From an uncultured Candidatus Saccharibacteria bacterium (GTDB lineage: Bacteria > Patescibacteriota > Doudnabacteria > UBA920): 64,000 nucleotides of DNA. Within the stretch, counting starts at the first letter, position 1. The number at the start of each line of letters is the position of its first letter. Below are positions 9,209-18,138 of the stretch, piece after piece. The DNA lies in the NCBI GenBank assembly GCA_964384035.1, contig CAYLIB010000002.1:28704-92703 (forward strand). The letters are read 5' to 3'. The notes beneath the pieces are model-generated. The model made no database searches and had not been told where the DNA came from. It was given only the letters and a program-made list of their open reading frames with translations. The translations under genes were made by a program, and so were the position numbers.

Positions 9209-10381
9209 ATGAAATCCACGTTTCGTGTTGTGTTGAGTTTGCTCATCACAGTCCTTTTCTCAACTTTCGCTTTCGCTGGTGAGCCCGCTACAGGCTCCCT
9301 CCTGGACAATGCTCACCCGCACGCGCGGGCCTGGCTCATCGGTGTCTTCGCGGTCATCATCGTCGGCTTCCTGGTCTTCGACCTTGGCTTCATGAACAAA
9401 AAAGCCCACGGCGTTACCACCAAAGCCGCCACGCTTCAGACCCTCTTTTGGATCGCCGTTGCCTGCGGGTACGGTGGGCTTATCTACTACTTCGTCGGCC
9501 ACGAACCCGCTGCTCAGTTCTTCAGCGCGTACATCACCGAGAAAATGCTCTCCGCAGACAACCTCATGGTCATTATGATGCTCTTCATGTTCTTCGACGT
9601 GAAGGAGGCATTTCAGCACCGTGTGCTGTACTGGGGTATTCTCGGCGCCGTCGTTCTGCGCGGTTTGTTCATTGGCAGTGGTACGCTCATCGTTAGTCTG
9701 TTTCACCCCGTTCTTTACCTGTTCGGTGCGGTTCTCATTTGGTCCGGCATCAAACTCATGGCAAGCGGAGACGACGAGGAGGAGCAGGATTTCGAGAAGA
9801 ACAGAACTCTTATCTTTCTGAAGAAATGGCTCCCGCTCAGTAGCGGACCACACACAGGTCATTTTTTCACCATTGAAAACGGCAAGAAAGTCGGCACTAT
9901 TCTGTTGCTGACCTTGGCGATGGTTGAGGTTACCGATCTCATCTTCGCTGTGGACTCAATTCCCGCAGTCTTCGCCATCACGACCGATTTCTTCATCGCT
10001 TTCACCAGTAACATTTTCGCCGTTATGGGACTGCGGGCGCTATTCTTCATCGTTGAAAAAGTGCTCAAGCAATTCCCGCACTTGCAAAAAGGCATTGCCT
10101 TCGTGCTGGTATTCATCGGTGGCAAAATGTTCCTGGACCTCGTGGATCCCGCCGTCGGCTTCCTGAGTAAGACCTTTGGCTTCGCACATACCGAAGGGAG
10201 TTGGGAATATCATCTGTCATCAGTCCAGTCTTTCATGGTTATCATCGTTGCCCTTGGTCTCGCCATGGGTTACTCGGTGATCTCGGTGAGAATGGGTTGG
10301 ACTACGATTGATGATCCCGAAGCCGCCTTCGACGATTCCGATCTGAAACCCGCCACACCGGCAACAAACGAAAACAGCTAA
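9209..10381 (+). CDS. terC: TerC/Alx family membrane protein
   Basis: EKMLSADNL, QHRVLYWGILGAVVLRG, EVTDLIFAVDSIPAVFAIT, TSNIFAVMGLRALFF. Confidence 0.93.
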   Translation: MKSTFRVVLSLLITVLFSTFAFAGEPATGSLLDNAHPHARAWLIGVFAVIIVGFLVFDLGFMNKKAHGVTTKAATLQTLFWIAVACGYGGLIYYFVGHEPAAQFFSAYITEKMLSADNLMVIMMLFMFFDVKEAFQHRVLYWGILGAVVLRGLFIGSGTLIVSLFHPVLYLFGAVLIWSGIKLMASGDDEEEQDFEKNRTLIFLKKWLPLSSGPHTGHFFTIENGKKVGTILLLTLAMVEVTDLIFAVDSIPAVFAITTDFFIAFTSNIFAVMGLRALFFIVEKVLKQFPHLQKGIAFVLVFIGGKMFLDLVDPAVGFLSKTFGFAHTEGSWEYHLSSVQSFMVIIVALGLAMGYSVISVRMGWTTIDDPEAAFDDSDLKPATPATNENS

Positions 10382-10539
10382 ATACTACCCGAGCCTAAAA
10401 ACTCGGCTTTTTTATTCCTTTGACAAAATCCCCAAAAACTTCTAAATTTGGGTCTTGTCTCAGAAGTTATCATCAAATACCAGCTTTAGGCTTTACCGCC
10501 TAAACAGGCAAAAACCAAATACAAGCCAAGGAGGAAATT

Positions 10540-11175
10540 ATGGCTTTCCTAATTCAAAAAGGCGGATCATTCCAAATCTCCAAGGGGATTTTCAATCTCG
10601 GAATTGGGTGCAAATGGGATCCGCAACTCAATCACTCGGAAGAAGAGTTCGACATTGACGTCCACGCCTTCGCTCTCAGGAATCACACAGGGTTCGATCG
10701 TAATGGGAGCCATGCGCTCACATACGCGAACGTCGCAAATTCCAGAAACCCGGACGGCTTGCTGGTCGAAAACAGCGACGGCTCGTTCCAGACGCGCGAC
10801 GGCTCCATGCATTCGCGTGGTGACAACAAGACGGGCGAGACCAAACCCGGCGAAGACGCCGAGTATCTCACGATCTTTACGCAGAAACTGCCAAAAGAGA
10901 TCGACGAGATCGCTCTCTATATAACCATTCACGATGCCGTGAAGCGCAAGCAGAATTTTGGACGCGTCAGGAATGCCAAAATCCACATTGACGACGCCGG
11001 CTCACACAGCGTGCTGGCCAAGTACGACCTGAGTACCGACTTCCCAGACGCAACCTGCGTCCATGTCGGTTCTTTCCTCCCAGACCCGAGCGGTGGAGGG
11101 TGGTCGTTCCAGGCCGCGGACTCGCCGTCCAACGCAAGTCTGTACCAGGTTCTTGAAGGTTACAAATTGGTCTAA
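10540..11175 (+). CDS. terD: TerD family stress protein
   Basis: LGIGCKWD...FDID, GDNKTGE, EDAE, ITIHDAVKRKQNFGRVRNA, KYDLS. Confidence 0.88.
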   Translation: MAFLIQKGGSFQISKGIFNLGIGCKWDPQLNHSEEEFDIDVHAFALRNHTGFDRNGSHALTYANVANSRNPDGLLVENSDGSFQTRDGSMHSRGDNKTGETKPGEDAEYLTIFTQKLPKEIDEIALYITIHDAVKRKQNFGRVRNAKIHIDDAGSHSVLAKYDLSTDFPDATCVHVGSFLPDPSGGGWSFQAADSPSNASLYQVLEGYKLV

Positions 11176-11452
11176 TAAAAAACTCGTTCCAGTTTTGAAC
11201 GAGTATTTTTTATTAATTAGCTTATTTATAAGGAATTTAGTCTATTGACAAATTCTGAAAAATCTTTATAATTACGAGTCTTAATAAAGAAATTTAAAGA
11301 CAAAGATCTGCACTTTAAAACTAGATCTCGAGAAAACTCGCAATCGCCCGAATTACTTTCGGCTCGAGGTTTAGCTTAGTGTGTAGGGTCTTGTGTCAAA
11401 AACGCAGGGCCAAGTAATCAACAACAAAATTCCATTCGGAGGAAAACAGATC

Positions 11453-12055
11453 ATGGAAATTTCCAAAGGCGAATCGTTTCCCGTCAAAGGTGGCGGCGCA
11501 GATTACAGCGGTAATTACTTCGGTGGCGGATGGGACGCCGGCGACGGTTATGACCTGGACATCCACGTCATCGGACTGAAGGGTGGCAAACCGGTCATGT
11601 CCCACGTCCTGAGCTGGTTCAACAGCCCGCAGTACAACGGCGCAGGCTTGCTGGACTACGATGCCGCAACGGGCACGTTCAAGACCAAGGACGGCTCGCT
11701 TGTTCACAACAAAGACAATCGCACCGGCGAGGGCGACGGCGACGACGAGAACGTCATTCTCCACCTGGACAAAGTCCCGACGGACATTGACGAATTGTTG
11801 TTCATCGTTGACATTTACGAGGCGAAGAAGAACGGCCAAGACTTCGGCAAGGTCAAAAATGCGTTCGTTCGCGTCGTGCAGGGCACCAATCCCGATGGCA
11901 AAGAAACGATTCGCTACAACCTGTCGAACGACTACGCCGGTAAGACCTGCGTGCAAGTCGGCTCACTGACTCGCGCCGCCGGAACCACCTGGACGTTTAC
12001 CGCCCAAGGCATCGGCTTCACGGGCACGATCCAACAGGTCATGGAGACGTTCTAA
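11453..12055 (+). CDS. terD: TerD family stress protein
   Basis: GGGWD...YDLD, DNRTGEGDGDDE, GQDFGKVKNAFVR, WTFTAQGIG; start at MEISKG after GGAGG. Confidence 0.9.
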   Translation: MEISKGESFPVKGGGADYSGNYFGGGWDAGDGYDLDIHVIGLKGGKPVMSHVLSWFNSPQYNGAGLLDYDAATGTFKTKDGSLVHNKDNRTGEGDGDDENVILHLDKVPTDIDELLFIVDIYEAKKNGQDFGKVKNAFVRVVQGTNPDGKETIRYNLSNDYAGKTCVQVGSLTRAAGTTWTFTAQGIGFTGTIQQVMETF

Positions 12056-12134
12056 TCTCCGACTAACCGAAAAGGGGTGTCAACCGGAAAACTCTCTCGG
12101 TTGCACCCCCTCTTTTTTATTTCAAGGTGGTGAA

Positions 12135-13289
12135 ATGCCAGATCGCAAACCAACAATAATTCAGCTACCTGGGCGGGATACAAATGAGCTCCCGTCTCTG
12201 GCCGAAGAACGGAAGCCTACGGTCATCAACTTGAATCCAAATCAATGTGGTGAAACAGATGGGCCTAGAGTGCCGCATATTCTCCACCTTGAAGAACACG
12301 AAGATGTCCGTGACACCCAAAGACTACCTACAGTCATTATGGTCCCCAAAGTCGTGGAAGAGGTCCCGGCACCAGCCAGAACGCCTACAGTGGTAAAGTT
12401 CCTTTTCGAGGAAAAACCACTCGTGCCTTCTCCGGCTGTCGCCGCGACTATTCTGAAACTTCCCGGGGCAGAAATTCGGGCGAGATTGAAAGTAAGCGAT
12501 GGCGACCTCGCCGAGCTATTCCCAAATGTGCCTGATGCAATCCGGGAAAAAGCTAGGGTGGTAGTCGTAAGCACGAATGTTGATACGCTGTTTACCCAGA
12601 CCTGCGGGTCGTGGGGGCAGTTAAGTCAACAGCAAATGCTTTCACTCTCTGAAGAAATCGCCAAATTGAATTCGCATAATCTGCTGGCAGAAATGCGGGC
12701 AGAGATGCGCGCGATTTACGATTTCTTCATGACTTTCAAAGCAAGAGTCCAAGAAGAACCAAAAAGTATGCTAGATTTCCTTTCCAGCAAAACTCCCAAA
12801 ACTGCCAAACAGCGGTTCGACGAGCTTATGCTGGAATTAGAGAATAAAGCATCCAAGTTGGGTGCTCGTCTGCCGGAGATTCAAAAACTCCAATTGCAGA
12901 TCGCTGAAACTTCTGGTAAGCTCGCAAAGGTTCGTGAGTCCATGCAAGTGGACATGGTGGCTGGGCAGCTCGTCGAATTCAGAGGGATGTTAGGCGAAGT
13001 TAAAGCTGACAAAGAGTTTGTAAAGTCTGATCTTGAAATTCTAAACAGTCGAATCGAAAGCCTAAGGGCTTCGGTTAGTACTGTAGATATTTTGCGAGAC
13101 CAGCTCACTGCTCTCTATTTGGAAGTCGCAACTTTGCAGACAACTATCCAGAATACTCTATTGGTCGAAGTTCCAGAATGGCGGTTATCCGTCAGTCTTA
13201 CAGGCTTCGAACAGTCGGGTAGGGTTTCAAATAGTCAGGGTTGGTCTTTCGTGGACCAGCTCATTCAAAAACTGAAGTCAAAACCATAA
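12135..13289 (+). CDS. TelA-like (toxic anion resistance) coiled-coil protein with a repetitive N-terminus
   Basis: Helical C-terminal domain starting SWGQLSQQQMLSLSE and ending LLVEVPEWR resembles TelA; lies between terD and the vWA gene. Confidence 0.5.
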   Translation: MPDRKPTIIQLPGRDTNELPSLAEERKPTVINLNPNQCGETDGPRVPHILHLEEHEDVRDTQRLPTVIMVPKVVEEVPAPARTPTVVKFLFEEKPLVPSPAVAATILKLPGAEIRARLKVSDGDLAELFPNVPDAIREKARVVVVSTNVDTLFTQTCGSWGQLSQQQMLSLSEEIAKLNSHNLLAEMRAEMRAIYDFFMTFKARVQEEPKSMLDFLSSKTPKTAKQRFDELMLELENKASKLGARLPEIQKLQLQIAETSGKLAKVRESMQVDMVAGQLVEFRGMLGEVKADKEFVKSDLEILNSRIESLRASVSTVDILRDQLTALYLEVATLQTTIQNTLLVEVPEWRLSVSLTGFEQSGRVSNSQGWSFVDQLIQKLKSKP

Positions 13290-13299
13290 CGAGGGAAAT

Positions 13300-14013
13300 A
13301 TGTTCGAAGTTACGAAAGAAGCGCAGAAAGTCAAAAACTTTCTCATTTCAAAGATGGTCAGAAACGTCAAAGCCGAAGTCATCGGTCTCGTTGATAAGAG
13401 CGGCTCCATGCAGGGTTTGTATAAGTGTGGTGCCGTCCAGGAAGCAATCCAGCGCGTTCTGCCAGTCGGCTTGAATTTCGACGACAACGGCAACGTGGAC
13501 GTGTTCACTTTCGCCGACGGCGAAGGTAGTGTCTTCGAAGCCGCAGGTCTCGACACGAACAACTTCGAAGGCTACGTCCAGCGGGAAATTCTCAACAAGA
13601 ACGGTCATTGGGGTGGCACCGACTATGCGCCGGCCATTACCGCGGTTCTGAAGTCGAAAGGGTTCGCCAAGAAATCTGGGGGTGGGTTTTTCGGTGGAGG
13701 AAGTCTGTCCCTGCAGGAGAACTCGACGTCCGGTTATCCGGCGCTTATCTACTTCTTCACGGATGGCGCGAATGACGACGAAAGCGCGACCGAGAAGCTT
13801 CTTGAGGCGATGCAGTATGCACGAGTGAATGCCTACGTCTTGTTCGTTGGCATTGGAGACAACCCGTTCCGCTTCTGTATTCGCGTTGCTGATAAATTCG
13901 ACAACACTGGATTCGTCCGCGTGTCAGACCTCGCCGGCGTCGCCAACAACGACAAGATTTACGAGATGCTGTTGCCAGACGAACTTTGCTGCTGGCTGCG
14001 CAACAAGAAATAA
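13300..14013 (+). CDS. vWA domain protein (TerF-associated vWA type)
   Basis: MIDAS DKSGS, FDDNG, GGTDYAPAI, FFTDG, FVGIG, DNTGF. Confidence 0.85.
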   Translation: MFEVTKEAQKVKNFLISKMVRNVKAEVIGLVDKSGSMQGLYKCGAVQEAIQRVLPVGLNFDDNGNVDVFTFADGEGSVFEAAGLDTNNFEGYVQREILNKNGHWGGTDYAPAITAVLKSKGFAKKSGGGFFGGGSLSLQENSTSGYPALIYFFTDGANDDESATEKLLEAMQYARVNAYVLFVGIGDNPFRFCIRVADKFDNTGFVRVSDLAGVANNDKIYEMLLPDELCCWLRNKK

Positions 14014-14169
14014 GCTTCTAACCAAGAAGCATCTACCGAGCTAACAACTCGGTCTTTTTTTATTGACTTTTTCTGGTTTTTTATGTATATTTATTTGTTT
14101 TTAGGAGTTTTGTCGTAAAACACGAAATTCTCGTATCGGTTAAATAAACCTAAATTAAGGAGAGGACAA

Positions 14170-15000
14170 ATGAACAATCCGGTAGTAATGGCCGAATCGC
14201 TAATTTTCGCTCTGGTTGTGTTGACTTACGCTTTCGCAGCCAAGCTATGTTGGGACAGGGTTAGCAAAATGCACGCTATTCTTCGTTACAACAACACAGC
14301 CTATGGTATCAGGACATTCTCCCTCATGACGGCAATTTCGATTGCGCTTTATGGGACCCTTAAAACGGTTAGTCAGCAGGAATTCGGTAATTATTTCTTG
14401 CAACTGGTAATTAATGGGTTAGTGGTAACAATCTTTGTTCTGATTGCCCAGTTTGTAAATGATGTTTTCATTATCACTGGGTTAAATAACAACGAAGCAG
14501 TCGCAAGAAAAAATAATGCAGTAGCAGTGACCGAAACAGGAAGTTCTATCGCTACGGCAGTAATAGCTTACGGAGCTTTCTCAGGTGGCTTAGGAAGTCG
14601 TTTTGTGCAGTCCGTAGTCTTCCTGATACTAGGTCAAGCCGTGCTAATTGCTGTTTTTCATCTGTTCGACTGGTTACACCCAGCTGATCTTCTCGGGAAT
14701 ATTCGCGCCGGAGAAGTACCGAGTGCAATTGTGAGTTCTGGAATGCTAATAGCTGTGAGTCTCATTCTGAAGAGTGCTATTCAGGGGCAGTTCTTTGGGT
14801 GGGGGAAAGGATTCGCTGAGTTCTTTTTTGCAGCGGCTATGGGTCTTGGTCTGCTTGTAACCGCTTACAATTTTCTTTGTCGGAGACTCCCGTGGGTCCC
14901 AAACATGGGAGAGGAAGTTAAGGAAAGCGAGAGCGCATTCGTTAGTACCGCAGGTTTGTTGATTTTTGCTTTCATGATTTCAGTCGCATTTCAAAACTAA
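14170..15000 (+). CDS. DUF350-type multi-pass membrane protein
   Basis: About 8 TM helices with repeated N(N)xAxA/G motifs (YNNTAYG, KNNAVAV, GEVPSAI). Confidence 0.6.
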   Translation: MNNPVVMAESLIFALVVLTYAFAAKLCWDRVSKMHAILRYNNTAYGIRTFSLMTAISIALYGTLKTVSQQEFGNYFLQLVINGLVVTIFVLIAQFVNDVFIITGLNNNEAVARKNNAVAVTETGSSIATAVIAYGAFSGGLGSRFVQSVVFLILGQAVLIAVFHLFDWLHPADLLGNIRAGEVPSAIVSSGMLIAVSLILKSAIQGQFFGWGKGFAEFFFAAAMGLGLLVTAYNFLCRRLPWVPNMGEEVKESESAFVSTAGLLIFAFMISVAFQN

Positions 15001-15092
15001 ATACGGAATTTATATTCCGCTTTTTTTATACACTAGACTAATAAAACGCGTACGTACGCGTTTTATTAGTCAATAAAAAAACTAGCCATTCG

Positions 15093-15791
15093 CTAGTGTT
15101 TATTCCCGAAAGAAAATCTTGTACCAAATATTAATCCGAAAGTTCTTTCCGGTACCACCATATCCGGATTAATAAATATTTCGAAATCAGATTCCTTATT
15201 GGGTCTTAGTCTGAATTCCGCACCTATTCGACCCAAGTGATGGTGTCCAGTCTTGAGTGAGTCGGCATGGAAGTATAACCACTTACCCAATATTTGCTGG
15301 CTTATCCTTTGGTGAAAAGTTTTCTCGTAACCGTTCCCAAAAGTTATCTCCGGAAAAAATTCTGTCTCTCTGTGGCCTATGAGTAGTAGTTTTATACTCG
15401 TGCCAAGATAAGCTTGTCCTCGGGTTGTCGCCCCTGCAAATCCTGATACAGAAAATTTGTCTTCCGTACTTTTATAGCTTGGACCAACACCAAAACGACC
15501 ATCGTTTACCAGACCTTTCACGTAAAAATACTGTCCCGTATATGCAAAGCCAAGTTTATTGGTTGCTTTATGTGTGTGACAATCTAACTCACTTAAACCC
15601 TCCCATTCCGGTGGTTCCACTGCTCTGCTCGATCTTCCGGTTTCGATTGACACCCGGCAAGATGTATTGTATTTATGATGGTTAGATTTGTCTGTATTGT
15701 CAGTTATCTCTTGAGCGTTGGTTTTTCCAACAGATAACAAAATAATAAGCAGACAAAGGGGTGAGTGCTTGTGTAATAATCTTATAGACAT
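15093..15791 (-). CDS. Secreted hypothetical protein rich in amphipathic beta-strands
   Basis: N-terminal signal peptide (TNA-QE), alternating hydrophobic strands, near-terminal LIFGTRFSF. Confidence 0.6.
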   Translation of the reverse strand: MSIRLLHKHSPLCLLIILLSVGKTNAQEITDNTDKSNHHKYNTSCRVSIETGRSSRAVEPPEWEGLSELDCHTHKATNKLGFAYTGQYFYVKGLVNDGRFGVGPSYKSTEDKFSVSGFAGATTRGQAYLGTSIKLLLIGHRETEFFPEITFGNGYEKTFHQRISQQILGKWLYFHADSLKTGHHHLGRIGAEFRLRPNKESDFEIFINPDMVVPERTFGLIFGTRFSFGNKH

Positions 15792-15995
15792 CTGTCCTCC
15801 ATTGATTCGCTGAATGAAAATTCAGTCAAGCTAAAGAAAATTTTTACATATTTAGAGAAAAAAACAAGAAACCAAAAAACAGCTACCCTTGACAAGTCAT
15901 AGTTATTATGATCCAAGTCATCAACAAAAGTATAAACTATGTATATTGAATTCATTTTCTGTACCAAATACTCTCTAGGCCTGTATAATCCATCT

Positions 15996-16412
15996 ATGAA
16001 CACTGAACCATTTCAAAAATTCGTTCCCAAGCCTTGGGGTAGGGAAATTATTTTCACCGACCCTTCACTCCCATATTTCGGCAAAATTATGCAAGTAAAA
16101 GCAGGGACCCGATGGTCACTGCATTACCATGAAGAAAAACTAGAAACTCTCGCGTTGCTTTCTGGTGAAGCTGAGATTTGGTTGGAAGATGCTTCTGGGG
16201 AAATACAAAAAATTCCTATGGAATTAGAAAAAGGGTATAACATTTCTTTAAAACAGAAGCACCGTGTTGTTACAAAAACAGATTGTATAATTGTGGAAGC
16301 CTCCCTCCCGGAAACTGGTACCACAGTAAGAATCGAAGACGACTTCAGTAGAGGGAATGAAACCGAAGAATTAAGAAAATTAGACAACCGAGGATGGACA
16401 CCAACAATTTAA
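15996..16412 (+). CDS. Cupin domain protein (mannose-6-phosphate isomerase type II C-terminal-like)
   Basis: KPWGRE, SLHYHEEKLE, KHR, VRIEDDF. Confidence 0.8.
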   Translation: MNTEPFQKFVPKPWGREIIFTDPSLPYFGKIMQVKAGTRWSLHYHEEKLETLALLSGEAEIWLEDASGEIQKIPMELEKGYNISLKQKHRVVTKTDCIIVEASLPETGTTVRIEDDFSRGNETEELRKLDNRGWTPTI

Positions 16413-18133
16413 GTCAATTAAAACAAATTCACTCAGAATTAGATAAGTTGAACAACGCTCCGATAGCGTATTTTTGTGCTGAGTTTGCACTTACAGATAT
16501 GCTTCCAATTTATTCTGGTGGTCTAGGGATACTTGCAGGAGACTATATTCGCGAAGCTGCAGATCAGGGTCTGTCAGTAGTAGGTGTTGGTCTGTTATAT
16601 AAACAAGGTTATTTCAAGCAGGTAATAACTCAAACGGGTATGCAGGATGAGCTGCCCGCTTACCACAATTCTGAGAGCTTGCCTATTACCAAGCTTCATG
16701 ATGCAGAATATAACCCCCTCCATATCTCAATTCGTTTGGAAGACCGTGATGTAAAAGTACAGCTTTGGCAATATGAGCAAAAAAACGTAAAGATTATTCT
16801 CCTTGATACAGATATTGAGGAAAATCCGGAGCTAGATAGAAGGCTCACACTAAGCTTGTATCCAACAGATAGTGATTGGCGTATACAACAGGAGATTATT
16901 TTAGGAATAGGTGGTGTTAAGGCGCTTAGTACTCTGGGTTATGAACCTAGTATCTACCACATGAACGAGGGTCATTCGGCTTTTGCTGTTTTGGAAATTG
17001 CGCACCAGCACATGAAAAAAAACAATTCTATCTTTGAAGAAGCCTTTAAAATAGCTTGCAAGAAAACCGTATTCACAAACCACACACTTATCCCTTCAGG
17101 AAACGATATTTTTCATAAAGATCAAGTAGAAAGGATTCTTGGGTCCTATGCAAAGCATTTAGGTCTCCCTATTTCTAGAGTATTAGAAATGGGTGTCGTC
17201 CCAGGAAGCGGTGACTTTTTTTCTATGACCCACTTAGCTTTGTCCGCAAGTAACGTTACAAGTGCGGTAAGTAGGTCGCATGCTCAGTTTGCCAAGGTTT
17301 CATGGCCAGAGTTTAATTTAAAACCTATAACAAACGGGGTCCATGCAGGAACCTGGCAAAATATTCATTTCCAAGAAATAGCAGAAAAGGTGGGTAGAGG
17401 CTATGAAGTAAGTGCAGGGAGTCTCTGGCGAGCTCATCAGGATGCTAAAGAAAAATTAATTGAGCTTGTAGTCCAAAATTCAGGTGTAGACTGGAACCCG
17501 GAGACACTTACACTCACTTGGGCACGTAGGATAGCCGCCTATAAGCAACCGCTACTCATATTTAGCGAGTTAGAGAGGCTAAATAAAATTGTAGCTAATA
17601 CAAAAAAACCAGTACAAATAATTTTAGCTGGTAAAGCACATCCAGGTGATACAAACGCAAAAGAGATGATATCGCAGATAATACGTTTTATAAATTCAGC
17701 CGAGCTAACAAGTTCTGTTGTCTTTTTGCCTAACTACAGTATGGAAATGGCAAAAATTCTGGTATCGGGTAGCGATGTTTGGATAAATACACCAGAAAAG
17801 GGCAAAGAAGCATGTGGTACAAGCGGCATGAAAGCTGGTCTTAACGGTGTACTCCAAGCCGCTATATCAGATGGTTGGACAGATGAAATAGATCTTGCAA
17901 GTGTAGGCTTTTTTATAAATCCTCACGATTCTGCAAAGAGTTTTTTTGATCAGTTGGAAAAAGAAATAATCCCACTGTATTACAACGAAAGAAATTTCTC
18001 CGGTGTGCCAGAAAATTGGGTAGAAAAAATGAAAGCTACTATAGGCGCCTGCCAAAACCGCTTTACCTCCGAAAGAATGTTGCTCGAATATGTAACAGAA
18101 CTCTATTTACCAGTCTTAATCTCTAAATCTTAA
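16394..18133 (+). CDS. glgP: Alpha-glucan (glycogen/starch) phosphorylase
   Basis: AYFCAEFAL, YSGGLGILAGD, HMNEGH, FTNHT, ARRIAAYK, PLP-lysine motif EACGTSGMK. Confidence 0.95.
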   Translation: MDTNNLSQLKQIHSELDKLNNAPIAYFCAEFALTDMLPIYSGGLGILAGDYIREAADQGLSVVGVGLLYKQGYFKQVITQTGMQDELPAYHNSESLPITKLHDAEYNPLHISIRLEDRDVKVQLWQYEQKNVKIILLDTDIEENPELDRRLTLSLYPTDSDWRIQQEIILGIGGVKALSTLGYEPSIYHMNEGHSAFAVLEIAHQHMKKNNSIFEEAFKIACKKTVFTNHTLIPSGNDIFHKDQVERILGSYAKHLGLPISRVLEMGVVPGSGDFFSMTHLALSASNVTSAVSRSHAQFAKVSWPEFNLKPITNGVHAGTWQNIHFQEIAEKVGRGYEVSAGSLWRAHQDAKEKLIELVVQNSGVDWNPETLTLTWARRIAAYKQPLLIFSELERLNKIVANTKKPVQIILAGKAHPGDTNAKEMISQIIRFINSAELTSSVVFLPNYSMEMAKILVSGSDVWINTPEKGKEACGTSGMKAGLNGVLQAAISDGWTDEIDLASVGFFINPHDSAKSFFDQLEKEIIPLYYNERNFSGVPENWVEKMKATIGACQNRFTSERMLLEYVTELYLPVLISKS

Positions 18134-18138
18134 TTGCT

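Noticed and set aside
9260-11969. Long antisense and alternate-frame ORFs over terC and terD
   Set aside because: Shadow ORFs caused by the GC3-rich codon bias of the real genes
4140-14060. Integron cassette array
   Set aside because: The intergenic hairpins look like ordinary terminators without attC RYYYAAC/GTTRRRY ends, the genes have their own promoters, and no intI is present
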